Assembly: GCA_951406725.2 (NCBI GenBank) | Contig: OX597815.1 | Coordinates: 62,248,001 to 62,312,000 of the forward strand | Length of the DNA: 64,000 nt | From: Octopus vulgaris | Lineage: Eukaryota | Direction: 5' to 3' | In this document: piece by piece, positions 12,243 to 24,974 of the stretch | How the letters are laid out: every line of letters starts with the position of its first letter | Numbering within the stretch: position 1 is the stretch's first letter | Made by a program: the position numbers and the translations under genes | Notes under the pieces: generated by a model | The model's input: the letters and a program-made list of their open reading frames with translations, nothing else | What the model was told of the DNA's origin: nothing | The model's database searches: none

Positions 12243-12705
12243 AAATAGGATATCTGACTCACTAGAAAGAGTAGGTAAACTCCAAGCCACTAATTATTGT
12301 AATTCCGAAAGTGATTGAAAATAAAAACTTTTACCTTAATCCTAGACCCTGCAAGGTTTCTGCAGACTCAAATATAGATTGAAATAAAATAATTTCAATC
12401 CATATCTGGCGCTGCGTCTTCAGTAGGTCGCCAGGACTGAACACATAGGCACGGAGCTATAAATAATCTGCCACGTGTCTATACGCTCTAAGTTTTCGAA
12501 TCTACCGCGCAAATGCGGAACTCCATCGGCGGTAAATAAATAAATTGACGATTTTCTTCCAGAATCAGTCAAAACATTTTATCATTAATTAAAATGTAAT
12601 TAATTAAAAGGTAAAAGTTTTTATTTTTCAATCACTTTCGGAATTACAACAATTAGCGGCTTGGAGTTTAACTGCTCTTTCTAGTGAGTCAGATATCCTA
12701 TTTAG
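12243..12705 (-). mobile_element. Non-coding PLE-like element with ~100-bp inverted termini
   Basis: 12243-12340 is the reverse complement of 12603-12703 (AAATAGGATATCTGACTCACTAGAAAGAG...). Contains the HHR at 12341-12427. Confidence 0.8.
12341..12427 (-). ncRNA. Type-I hammerhead ribozyme motif with long stem II
   Basis: Minus strand: CCTA CTGAAGA CGCAG..GATTGAAAT/ATTTCAATC..CTGCA GAA ACCTTGCAGGGT C TAGG. The cleavage triplet is GUC at 12345. Confidence 0.75.
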
Positions 12706-12807
12706 CGTATTTTAACTCTTATTTCTAGTATTGTAGGTGCGTCGGCATGTGACACTTAGTGACGATTGAATTTTTCATTTATGGTATCACATTGCGCCTG
12801 ATTGTTG

Positions 12808-12886
<79 letters not shown>

Positions 12887-12939
12887 ACACTATATATATA
12901 TATATATATATACACCACACACACACACACACACACAAC

Positions 12940-13040
<101 letters not shown>

Positions 13041-13053
13041 TTATACTCAAGCA

Positions 13054-13111
<58 letters not shown>

Positions 13112-13710
13112 TATTACTATATATGGTTGTAACTGAGTTTAGTAAACGTCGCTTCTAGCAACCATACATAGAAATTTAGTAATTCAGGTAAGATGCGTTC
13201 ATTGGAATATTACAATATCGAAACGAACCTCTAATGATGGTACAGAGAAATAAATTAATATAAAAAGTCATGAGAACAGACTGAATTTCGAAGTAAGTCA
13301 TTTGTGTTACTTCAAGCATTATACAAAATATGTCAAAAATATATATTATTTGTAAAATAAAATTAATTTAAGCGAAAGAAAACAGAAAAAGAGTTTATCC
13401 TATAAAGGTAAAAGTGTGATACATAAAGTGCCCCTCGAAGCAGAAAAAGACATTTACTATAAAATAATTTATCTGAAAGTTTGTAAAAGAAGTGTGTGTG
13501 TGTGTGTGTGTGAGTGTGTGCGGATAGATTTAAGCAGTAAAATATGCAAATACGAATGGAAAGAAACTTATAAGGAAAGCAATGATTCGTTATGCTTTTG
13601 GCCAAACTGGAGTTTCGAGACAATATAATATGTAGGAAAGCAGCAAATGTATTAAACTATTTTCATATAAATGAAATATTTAAGATCATATTTATATATA
13701 TAGGTGTGTT

Positions 13711-13826
<116 letters not shown>

Positions 13827-14805
13827 TGTATGTATGTATGTATGTATGTGTAATTATGCTTAATGAATTAAGTGTAACATTAAATCGAATATGCCCAGTA
13901 AAAAGTTTGTGCTTAGTGTTATACACGCACCTCCTGGTTACACAACACTTTATGAACCGTTCATGTTTAACAAAACTCAAGGTTGATTTTTTAGAAACAC
14001 TTAAATGTCATCCAAAAGCAACCAGCAATGTACGTTGCATATTTTACAAGTATTTTTAAGAGATACAAAAGCAAGGAATAATTCGTCGTTAGAGAAAGAA
14101 TATAGAACTTCTAAAAATGAAACAGAAAGAACAGGAAATGTCGAGTAGATTTGGATTTCAATTACTGGATAGAATAAGGCTAGATTTCACATTGGCACCC
14201 ACATACATACATACTTCTCTTATGCACTCATATACATACATATTATATACACACACATACATACTTACACGCACACAGACAGACAAAGATGAGTCACACA
14301 CTCACACACACACGCGCACACACAAACTCACACACACACGCACAGACACACCGGTACGTGGACGCACACACACTCATACGCCCATACATAACTACTCTTC
14401 ACACATCCACTTATACACACCTACTTCAATATTTCGACATCTTGTTTTGGTCAACAGCTTTGACCGCTGCTCACTCTTCAATTCACTGTGAATTTTATCA
14501 GCTCCTTCACCGCAGTTATCTCCTTTGTAGAGTTAGCAACTTTCTTAACATCTTCTAGACCAATGGTTCTCAACCGGGGTCCATCTGACACTTGGGAGTC
14601 GATATAAGATTTTCTGTTAAAATTTATCAGCAATACATTTTTTATACTTCTACGATACACAAAATATTTTAACAATTTTTTAAGTTCCTAATAATATCGA
14701 ATAATACTAATATACGGTTCTATATTAAAGAGATGAGGAATTATGTACATTATTTACATTATTTACATTTGACGGATATTTTTCTCATCTTGTTTGTTTA
14801 TTAAC

Positions 14806-14876
14806 GGTCATATGGCGTAATGGTTAAGAGCGCGGGCTACTAACCCCAAGATTCCGAGTTCGATTCCAGGTAGTGA

Positions 14877-14878
<2 letters not shown>
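14806..14878 (+). tRNA. tRNA-like SINE head (pseudo-tRNA)
   Basis: GGTCA/TGACC acceptor-like stem, box A TGGCGTAATGG, GGG-CTACTAA-CCC anticodon-like arm and box B GAGTTCGATTCC. The stems are imperfect, so it is probably not a functional tRNA. Confidence 0.65.
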
Positions 14879-14975
<97 letters not shown>

Positions 14976-15024
14976 CATCGAAAAATACCTTAGGAATGAG
15001 AAGCCAAGTTCGAAATTTCTTCAG

Positions 15025-15070
15025 GACACCTGATGAAGGCTGGAAGGTATATCAGCCGAAACGTTGTGTT
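15025..15070 (+). ncRNA. Minimal type-I hammerhead ribozyme motif
   Basis: GACAC CTGATGA A GGCTG-GAAGGTATAT-CAGCC GAAA CGT T GTGTT. All three stems pair. Confidence 0.8.
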
Positions 15071-15917
15071 AACAACAAACAAGACGAGGTCAAATATCCG
15101 TCAAATGTAAATAATGTAAATAAGAATGCTAACATAATAGGATTTTTTAAATAAAAAATTGTTATGAGGGTCCACCGGAGTAAAATAAGAAGCAAAAAGT
15201 ACCATAGACAAAAAAAATTCCCCATCTCTTAAATATAGAACCGTATATTAGTATTATTCGATATTATTAGGAACTAAAAAAATTGTTAAAATATTTTGTG
15301 TATCGTAGAAGTATAAAAAATTTATTGCTGATAGACACTTCTAACAAACTCCCTGGACTGTTTACTATTATTCAGTAATTTTTACCAATATCTTTGAATT
15401 TTGCTCTTTTCAGAGATTTCAGACATTATGTCTCTTTTCCAAATTATCTTTTAAATCTTTCCTCTTAGTTGAAAAGAAACATTTTCACACCCATACGTTT
15501 TATTATTAGACACTTGAACACACCAATAATAGCGTAATTGTTTTTGCCGTCCAACGTGCTTTATTTCTTCATAGTTGCGCCGGATTTTACCTTCTGACAT
15601 ACACGTTTTGAGATCACCTACCTAGAGGTTACGCACATAACCCACATTCGATAACCAAAGCTACTGTACTTCTACACTTGCAAATCTCTATACACATACA
15701 TACAGCAAACTAACATCCACACACATACAGTAAGCTAACATACACCCCCTATACCCTTTCCAGACATAAATAAACTCATACAGTTACATTTATACTTCCA
15801 GCTTTCTCTCATTTTTTCACTCCCCCATAGAAGAGCATTCACATCGAGTTTCTGGCCCATTGCTCTTAATTTTTTTTACTATTTCTCTTTCTTACTCCCT
15901 GTCAGCTCCTCTCTTTC

Positions 15918-15957
15918 TTTCTCTTGATGAAGGACTAATATCCGAAACGTTGTCATT
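15918..15957 (+). ncRNA. Degenerate hammerhead motif
   Basis: TTGATGA A GGA-CTAATA-TCC GAAA CGT T. Stem I is poor. A related copy lies at 56581-56618 on the minus strand. Confidence 0.45.
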
Positions 15958-16125
15958 ATCTTTTTAACAAAGCATTAAACTAGTTCTTTATTTATCAAAA
16001 TTTTTTCCTCTGATGTTGTCCTTTTTATTGTTCATTGTATTTAATTTACGTATGTATGCATGTAATGTATGCATGCATTATATATACATACATATATATA
16101 TATATATATACACACATAAGTATGC

Positions 16126-16170
<45 letters not shown>

Positions 16171-16853
16171 GTATATATACATACAGACATCATACAAAAA
16201 ACACATTCATATATACAAACATTAAAAACACGCACATATATGTACGTATACCAACATACATACGCATATGCTCATGTCATAATTTCATTTGATAAATTTT
16301 TATTATTTTAAATAGATGGTTACTCTTAAAACACTGTCTTAATAAGAATAATTGAATAATTAACACAAGAAGAAGAAAAGCTACAACAACACAAGTTCTT
16401 TCCGCAATTAATGAGAATTTCAATAAATTAAAGTTGAAAAAAATCAGAACAGAAATTAATTAAATAAATAAGAGACAGGAATGTGCTGGCAAATTCTGGC
16501 GAATCACACCACACCCTCCTTAATTTGTTATTACCAGATGAGTAAATTACGAGTGGTCCTTGTCCACTTCGCTGGAATTGCTAGATATAGCAAGTAATTC
16601 CTCCTCACACCATGTATAATATATTTAAACAAACAGTATAGGAGATAAATGCAGCCAGAGTTTTTGTGCTTGAATAAAAGACGGAATGGTCATGGCTAGA
16701 TTGCTTCTCCATCTGGAGCATCAAAACCCACAACTGCAACATAATACTAGAATACAGAAGAAGAAATCATTGGAATATTTTATAACGTATGAAAAATTAT
16801 GAAAACACGGCCCTTGGTGAGGAATTGCTGAGGCTTATAATAAAATGTGACTC

Positions 16854-16854
<1 letters not shown>

Positions 16855-16936
<82 letters not shown>

Positions 16937-17028
16937 CATATAGATATATATATAGACAGACAGACAGATAGATAGATAGATAGATAGATAGAGAGGGAGA
17001 GAGAGAGAGGGAGGGAGAGAGAGAGAGC
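16855..17028. repeat. (GATA)n/(GA)n microsatellite
   Basis: Direct reading. Confidence 0.95.
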
Positions 17029-17249
17029 ATTAATGTTAAACGTAAATTAAGATACATGGATCACAGCAACGGTACACAGGATCGAGATAAAAAAAAAAAC
17101 CCTTTCACGAATCGAGAACAAGAGTAGAAGATTGGCAGAATTATCATAGCGTAGGGCCATACAATCGCGCAGTGATTCTTCAATTTCTCCGTGGTAATTG
17201 AACTTGTAGGTAATGAGTTCAAATAACATGGAATTAACTTATTATGTTC

Positions 17250-17344
17250 TTCTATTTTGCCGAACCGCTAAGTCACGTGGACGTAAACACATAAACATTG
17301 CTTGTCCAGCGATGGCGGGGGAGGGGGGCAAACACAGACACACA

Positions 17345-17413
<69 letters not shown>

Positions 17414-17567
17414 GACGGGATTCTTTTAGTTTCCGTCTACCAAATTCACTCAAGGCTTTGATCGGCCCGAGGCTATAGTAGAAGACACTTGCCCAAGGTA
17501 TCACGCAGTGGGACTGGACCCGGAGCCATGTGAGCAAGCTGCTTACCACACAGCCACTCCTGCGCCT
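17250..17567 (-). mobile_element. tRNA-derived SINE
   Basis: The reverse complement begins GGCGCAGGAGTGGCTGTGTGGTAAG and has an internal (TG)n. Same family as 893-1292. Confidence 0.85.
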
Positions 17568-17574
17568 CCATTTA

Positions 17575-18153
17575 TTCCGCTATTCTTCTTCTTTCTTACT
17601 GTTTTCTTTTCCTCCCCTCCATCATGCTCTTTCTCTGCCTCTCTCTCCCTCACTTTTCCTCCTTGACTCTCTTGTTGCTCATACGTGACCAGCGGCTCTC
17701 GTTCTTTCTTCCTCTTGCTTTACAAGAAATAAGATCTACTTTTGTTTGTCTCCTGTCATAACTCCTTTCTCCAGCGTTCACCACTTTACCTCATTACGGC
17801 TTAACAGCCCTCACCGTTTGTTTTTACCGTTTTATTCTTACTGTTCTGTTTTTGTTACCACATTAACCCTTCGCAAAAATCCCAAATTTTATTTAATTTG
17901 CTTTTGCGTAAAGGACTGTTTTAACGAAGTCGCGTCGTGTCCCAACATTCGAAACGCAAAGTAGATAAAACAGGGGACAACTGATGAAGGGATTGTCCTT
18001 TATGTTACCTGTCTCGTTCCTCTACTTGTTTCTTTCGTTGGTCGGAAAAAAGTCCATTTTTCCACATTTTTGTTTTTTGTTCTCGTTTTTCATTTTGTTC
18101 ACGTTTTTCATTTTGTACACGTTTTTTTGACGTCCTGTACCCATATGCCCATG

Positions 18154-18160
<7 letters not shown>
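17575..18160 (+). repeat. Interspersed repeat; copy of 5357-5995
   Basis: Shares GACAACTGATGAAGG and TGACGTCCTGTACCCATATG. Confidence 0.65.
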
Positions 18161-18203
<43 letters not shown>

Positions 18204-18205
18204 TG

Positions 18206-18239
<34 letters not shown>

Positions 18240-18401
18240 GGTGAGAAAGTTGGTGTGTGAAAGCACGTGGTTGAATATATATAAAATTGTAAAAAGTGAA
18301 AAAACTACAGAAGGCTTGTTTTAAAAGATTAAAAAATATATATTTGAGTCATTATGTCTGAAGAATGTGATAAATTTTTTTATACAATGACATAGTTTTT
18401 G

Positions 18402-18441
18402 AAGAAATGACCGGTTTCGCGTTTAGCTTTTCAAATTTCTT
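18402..18441 (-). ncRNA. Minimal type-I hammerhead, U3-A8 core variant
   Basis: Minus strand: AAGAAAT TTGAAAA GC-TAAAC-GC GAAA CCGG T C ATTTCTT. Confidence 0.75.
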
Positions 18442-18589
18442 ACATCGTTATGTTTACGTTGAATAGTGTGAAGGAGAGTTCCAGATAAGGGGAGGTAATA
18501 AGTGATTTCTTCCGGTGTAAGGGAGATAATCGCTTAATATTTCTTGGCGTTTTTTTGGAGTGAGTTTCTCTGTATAAAAATGTTGGAAT

Positions 18590-19684
18590 GGTTAAGTTTG
18601 GGTTTGTACTTTTCAGTGAAGAATGTTTCTTTGTTTAGTCTAATTTGTGTTGGTGTTCCGAAAGCACATTGGTAAAATGGAAAGATTCAAAATTGGGGTA
18701 GTAGTTGCTTTGCGCATTTCTCAATGTGCTCACTAAAGGGTATCATTCTGTATTCTGGGAATGCAATCTGTTGTCAATGCAGTGTGCATCTATGTCTGAG
18801 TGATAGTCCCGTTGACCCCACGTAGTCTTGGTGGCAGCCCGAGCATTTTATGACATAAATTATGTTTTCAGAGGCACAAGTAAAATTAGATTTGATCTTG
18901 AATTTCTGTCCCTCTTTGAAGAGGAATTCTGATCCTTCTAGTAGGTTTGGACATGTTGCACAGTTCGGTCTACCACATTTTTTTACTTTTGCATCCGTAA
19001 TTTCAGAAAACAATTTTGCTTTTGTGAGAATCTTTTTAAGTGATTTAGGTTGTTTGTAGCTTTTAATGATTTGGTGTGTGTTTAGAATTTCCTTTAATTT
19101 GGGGTCCTTATGAAGTATTGGTAAATTCTGGGTGATGATGGTGAAAGCTTCTTTGTTTCTGGGGTTGTATGTAGATATGTAAGGTAGTATTTTCGGGGAA
19201 GGTGTGTTGTGTTGAACTTTTCTCAAAGTTGATTTTTGTTGCACGTCTGATCCCATCCTCTATGAGTTGAGCTGGGTAATGTCTGTCAATTAGGGTGTTT
19301 TTGAGTTCTTGCAGTCTAAAGTTCCTGGTATTTTGTTCTGACACTATTGTGCATATCCTTCTTGCAAGGTAGAAGGGGATGTTTGTTTTAGTGTGTCTTG
19401 GGTGGCATGAATCAAAAAGTAGGTATTGTTTGGCGTCTTTGGCTTTGTAAAAAATGTCTGTTTCTATTTTAAGGTTAATTTTTTTAATTAGTATATCCAA
19501 GAATGGGAGCTCCTTTTTGTTGTGTTCCATTGTGAACTGTATATTTGGGTTTATGCTGTTCAACAGGTTTTTGAATTTTAGGAGTTTATCTGTGTTTTCA
19601 TTCCAGAGTATAAAACAATCGCCCAGGAATCGTTTCCAATTCTCTTTTATGTATTGAGAGAGGGGGTTTCCAAAGATTGATAAA
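18590..19684 (-). pseudogene. PLE RT thumb, Cys linker and GIY-YIG endonuclease (frameshifted)
   Basis: WKRFLGDCFILW, LPFLDILI, SCHPRHTKTNIPF, then KKCGRPNCATCP and NIIYVIKCSGCHQDYVGST. Confidence 0.92.
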
Positions 19685-20099
19685 ATGTCATAAAATGCTC
19701 GGGCTGCCACCAAAACTACGTGGAGTCCACGGGACTATCACTCAGACGTAGATGCACACTGCATCGACAACAGATTGCATTCCCAGAATACAGAATGATA
19801 ACTTTTAGTGAGCACATTGAGAAATGCGCAAAGCAACTACTACCACAATTTTGAATCTTTCCATTTTACCAATGTGCTATCGGAACACCAACACAAATTA
19901 GACTAAACAAGGAAACATTCTTCATTGAAAAATACAAGCCCAAACTTAACCATTCCAACATTCTTATACAGAGAAACTCACTCCAAAAAAACGGCAAGAA
20001 ATATTAAGCGATTATCTCCCTTACACCGGAAGAAATCACTTATTACCTCCCCTTATCTGGAACTCTCCTTCACACTATTCAACGTAAACATAACGATGT

Positions 20100-20139
20100 A
20101 AGAAATTTGAAAAGCTGAACGCGAAACCGGTCATTTCTT
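20100..20139 (+). ncRNA. Minimal type-I hammerhead, U3-A8 core variant
   Basis: AAGAAAT TTGAAAA GC-TGAAC-GC GAAA CCGG T C ATTTCTT. Has a 7-bp stem I and the palindrome ACCGGT in stem III. Confidence 0.75.
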
Positions 20140-21049
20140 CAAAAACTATGTCATTGTATAAAAAAAATTATCACATTCTTCAGACATAATGACTCAAATA
20201 TATATTTTTTAACCTTTTAAAACAAGCCTTCTGTAGTTTTTTCACTTTTTACTATTTTATATATATATATATAACCCTTTTAGGAAAGATGAATCTCGAT
20301 GTAAATAAAACTACAAATAATAGTGTGTTAATATTGGGTTAAAACCTCTTTGGATACAAAAATTTCAAGGTTGTGCGTGGGACACAAAGTCACTTCTTTA
20401 AACTTTGAATTTTTCACTTCTAAAATGGGTAAAGAAATTTGAAGGATTTCTTTGGACCAATGGCAGCACGCCTGTCGTATTTAGAGACGTGAGTTCGAGT
20501 TCCGAAGGACTTTAATCCAATAATAACACGGCAATTAATTACAAGTTTATTCGCTTCAAGATTTACCAGTTCTGGAAGTTTCAAAATTCTTATATGTATT
20601 TTGTTTCCCTCCACCCCTATCACGGAAGAATCGAAATCGACCTCGATTAAACCTTTCCGACGACACACGGTCTAAGTGACTAAACAATGTCAGACATAAC
20701 TATATTGTGTGTATAACTCAATAGCCCTTCCAGTTTGGCGTGGTGTTAACAGATAACCAAACGACGACAATAAGAATAACAAAATATAACTAAAAATACA
20801 ACACACACACACACACTCACAAAAGTAACAACGATAAGAAGAAAAGAAACAAGTATGCCGTGTTGTAATAAAGACAAGAATAGCAAGACTAGGAACCACG
20901 TGAACAAAACAAGAACCACAACTAACGCAAATAAATAAATAAATAAATAAACGGGAGGAGCAACAACAGTGACAACGAACCGGAAGGGCAATAATAACAA
21001 AAACCTGAAACAGTAAAAAAATAAATCACAGTCGGAATATGCTATGAAA

Positions 21050-21122
21050 ATCATACACACATCAACATAAACTACATACACACATACACGCACATACACA
21101 TACACGCACCCAGACACACACA

Positions 21123-21187
<65 letters not shown>

Positions 21188-21372
21188 TGAGACACACTAC
21201 TGATAGCACACCTACAGACTCACGTATGTATACACAATGGGACCAACCTACATAAGCACATGACTAACACGATTATATAAGTGTATATATATATATATTA
21301 TATCTAAATATATATCTATGTGTATATATATATATTGGTATATACATATATATTTATATATACTTCTATATA

Positions 21373-21407
<35 letters not shown>

Positions 21408-21629
21408 GCATTATATATATATATATATATATATTTATTTATATATGCATGCATACGTATAATTTGCGTATGTATAAAATATGTAACATACACAAACAAA
21501 AACACACATACGCTCTCTCTCTCACACACACACAAGCATAAGGCAAGCATACAAAAATCACACAGACAGTGGCACGTATACGCACTCTCGGGCCAACCCA
21601 CATGAGCACATGACTACCTACTTAAGTAC

Positions 21630-21666
<37 letters not shown>

Positions 21667-21737
21667 CACACGCACACATGGCCTATATATATATATAAAT
21701 GCATATATATATATTTATATATATATATATAACATGC

Positions 21738-21813
<76 letters not shown>

Positions 21814-22064
21814 GTATGTATGTATGTATTTATGCATGTATATATGTACGTCGGTGTAAACCGAATTTCCAATACAGATTACTTAGAATAACAGAACAGA
21901 CGTCTGCAGTGTTCGTGACAGAAGTAGAAGTGGGAGTGAGAGGTGTGAGGGAGGGAGGGACTGGTGACGTGCCTACCTATCCCAGTTTATCACGCAAATC
22001 ACCAATGCTGTGTGTGTTAGTGTGTGTGGGTGTTCGTGAATGTATGGCTGTGTATGCTTGTATT

Positions 22065-22108
<44 letters not shown>

Positions 22109-22118
22109 CATACATACA

Positions 22119-22184
<66 letters not shown>

Positions 22185-22246
22185 TATACGTACATACATA
22201 TATACATACACATTCACACACACATCCACACATTCACACATTCACG

Positions 22247-22285
<39 letters not shown>

Positions 22286-22309
22286 GTGTGTGTGTATGCG
22301 TGTGTGTAT

Positions 22310-22363
<54 letters not shown>

Positions 22364-22425
22364 TTTTGGAAAGACCAGCCTGTGGCGAAACTTCAAAATA
22401 ACAGCAACTGTCAACATATTTTCGT

Positions 22426-22511
<86 letters not shown>

Positions 22512-22804
22512 CTCTCTCTCTCGCTCTCTATATATACGTATATATATATGTGTATGTATATATATATGTATATATACATACATATATACATACATTTATA
22601 CATACATTTATATATATATATATAGGTATATTCATATATATGTATGTATACATGTACCTATCTACTTGCTTATACATATGTATATGTATGTATGTGTATG
22701 TATGAGCATGTATAATGACATGTAATATATACATAAACTATACATACTTACGATAGGTATTTATCGAACGATACACATTCACACATATACACAGATATAA
22801 TATA

Positions 22805-22865
<61 letters not shown>

Positions 22866-22961
22866 GCGTATGTGCGCAATATGTTTTTGTTTTGTGCTAA
22901 GTATGTGTATGCATATACCTATGTCCTTGTATACGTCTGTATATGCGTATGTATGATTGTA

Positions 22962-22993
<32 letters not shown>

Positions 22994-23020
22994 CGTATAT
23001 ATGTATATATATTGGGTTAA

Positions 23021-23077
<57 letters not shown>

Positions 23078-23468
23078 CACACCCAGAAGGGGAAAGAAAT
23101 CCAATTAAGTAAATATATACAACGTCACCTTGAGTAACGTACACACCTAAATATACACAAACTACAACTCAAGGTCTTTCCTCCACCACCATTCTATCAT
23201 ACATACATACATACATACACACACGCATAACCAGATATAAACGCATATAGAAATACACACAGATACGCACACACACACGTATATACAAATACATAAGGTA
23301 AGATCATTCATGTTTCGCCTTCCTTCTTGTCTCTCACACCTACACATATATACACAGTCACGCACACTTATGTCTCAAACATACATACATACATACACAC
23401 ACCTACACATACACACACATACATATATACACATATCTCAGATATATGTATGCGTACATGTTTACAGA

Positions 23469-23512
<44 letters not shown>

Positions 23513-23750
23513 TTATATATACAAAGAACCATCCATACAAAGCCAGATAAAGGTTCACACATATAGACATACATGTATACACATACACATCTACGTACAT
23601 AGATATACGTGCTTTCACGTACACATATTTACAATCATATGCACATAGATACAATTTCTGCACACTTACGCATATACAAACATTTACATGTAAACACACG
23701 TAAACATACACTGACTGATTTACATACATGCAGAGATACACACAAATACG
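21050..23750. repeat. Long compound microsatellite/low-complexity region: (CA)n, (TA)n, (TACA)n, (TATC)n
   Basis: Direct reading. It explains the spurious ORFs here. Confidence 0.9.
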
Positions 23751-24040
23751 AGTTACGGATGGAACATCAACGTGCGAGTTTGATCTTCTAGAAATGGCAG
23801 TCAAATCCCCTTAAAACAGCCTGGCATTTCACAGAAGAAAGACTGTGGGTTGGCCACGGCTAGAACTCTGTCATAAGTCTTTAAGATCTGATCTGAGAAA
23901 GGATTAAACAACATGTGCCAACATCTAAAGGCTATTTATGTATGTGTGTGTGTTTGTATGTGTGTATGTATGTGTGTTTGTGTGTATGTGTGTGTGTAAG
24001 TATGTAATACTTTTTGATAGTTATATAAATATATATAAAA

Positions 24041-24080
<40 letters not shown>

Positions 24081-24243
24081 AATATAAATATAAATATATT
24101 TAATAATTTTAAATTTAAATAATTTAAATTTTAAATTTTATATTTTATATATTTTGTAAATTATATTAATTATTTTTAATTTTTATGTTTTGATTTATGT
24201 TTTTCACTGTTTGATTTGCTAATAGTGGTTTTATCTCCAATTA

Positions 24244-24305
<62 letters not shown>

Positions 24306-24385
24306 CAAAGTTGAGTTGTGGGGTATCGCAGGAGTGGAATTATATACGAAAGAAGGTTTGAAAATGCAATTTAAAAGATGTTTAT

Positions 24386-24430
24386 TTACTTAACCGGTTT
24401 CACTCTTTGGAAAAAGATTGTCAAAAGTAA
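24386..24430 (-). ncRNA. Minimal type-I hammerhead, U3-A8 core variant
   Basis: Minus strand: TTACTT TTGACAA TCTTT-TTCC-AAAGA GT GAAA CCGG T T AAGTAA. Confidence 0.6.
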
Positions 24431-24757
24431 CATATGGAGGTTTGGTTGCGTTAATTATTGGTTGTTGCAAATTGCTACATTACATGTATATATACAGTTT
24501 TTGGTAACAGGGACATGTTAAGGACATAAAAAAGTACAGCAGTATGATGAGAACATAAAGAGGTTTAACAAGCTCATTGAAAAAATGGGCAGAAAAGATT
24601 AAAACAAATATATTATACATCTCAGGGTAATTTCCAGGAGGAATTATCAAAAAAAGTTCAGTACAGAATATTGTGAATTCAAAAAAAATTACATTAAGGT
24701 TTACATTATTGTAGTGGCGAGGTTGTTTACTGACCTGTCCGTTTTAGCAGAAATGTA

Positions 24758-24897
24758 TATTACGGCCATATTACGTTGAAAGCACCGGTTCTCGTCTGAT
24801 CACCGAAGTTAAGCAACATCACCGAAGTTAAGCAACATCGAGCCTAGTTAGTACTTAGATGGGTGACCGCTTGGGAAACCTAAGTGCTGTAAGCATT
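24758..24897 (+). pseudogene. 5S rRNA-derived sequence (pseudogene or SINE3 head) with an internal 19-bp tandem duplication
   Basis: TACGGCCATATTACGTTGAAAGCACCGGTTCTCGTCTGATCACCGAAGTTAAGCAAC...GTTAGTACTTAGATGGGTGACCGCTTGGGAA..GTGCTGTAAGC follows the metazoan 5S pattern. Confidence 0.9.
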
Positions 24898-24974
24898 CCT
24901 TTTATTAATGGCGGTGCCCCAGCATGGCCACAGCTCAAGAGCTGAAACTGGAAAACATAAACAAAATATAAACA

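Larger units (their letters stand above)
14745..15123 (+). mobile_element. tRNA-headed SINE with (AAT)n, an HHR and an inverted copy of its tail at the 5' side
   Basis: tRNA-like head 14806-14878, (AAT)n 14881-14972, HHR 15025-15070. 14749-14805 is the reverse complement of 15068-15123. Confidence 0.8.
14561..15215. mobile_element. hAT-like MITE remnant hosting a nested SINE
   Basis: Starts CAATGGTTCTCAACCGGGGTCC, which resembles a hAT/Charlie TIR. The second TIR was not found. Confidence 0.5.
18275..20266 (-). mobile_element. 5'-truncated Penelope-like element (Neptune-type) with ~580-bp inverted repeat
   Basis: 18275-18856 is the reverse complement of 19685-20266. RT and GIY-YIG remnants are present, each arm carries an HHR, and the element is flanked by (TA)n. 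Confidence 0.93.

Noticed and set aside
13130-13195. Possible exon ending at CAG|GTAAG
   Set aside because: A splice-donor match alone is expected by chance. There is no supporting acceptor or recognisable peptide.
14806-14878. Functional tRNA gene
   Set aside because: Imperfect acceptor and T stems, no oligo-T terminator, and it continues into a SINE body.
17945-18000. GAAAC...CTGATGA arrangement as a permuted (type II) hammerhead; also at about 5490
   Set aside because: Stems I and II cannot be paired convincingly in either copy.
21699-22625. Longest ORF in the track (308 aa)
   Set aside because: Mostly translated (TA)n/(TG)n/(TATC)n microsatellite with no domain. The same applies to all [12 protein letters not shown], poly-I, poly-L, poly-H and poly-M ORFs.
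24799-24836. Direct repeat as CRISPR-like array
   Set aside because: Only two adjacent units with no spacer, inside a 5S-derived sequence in eukaryotic DNA.
24758-24897. Functional 5S rRNA gene
   Set aside because: Internal duplication, solitary copy and SINE-like tail.
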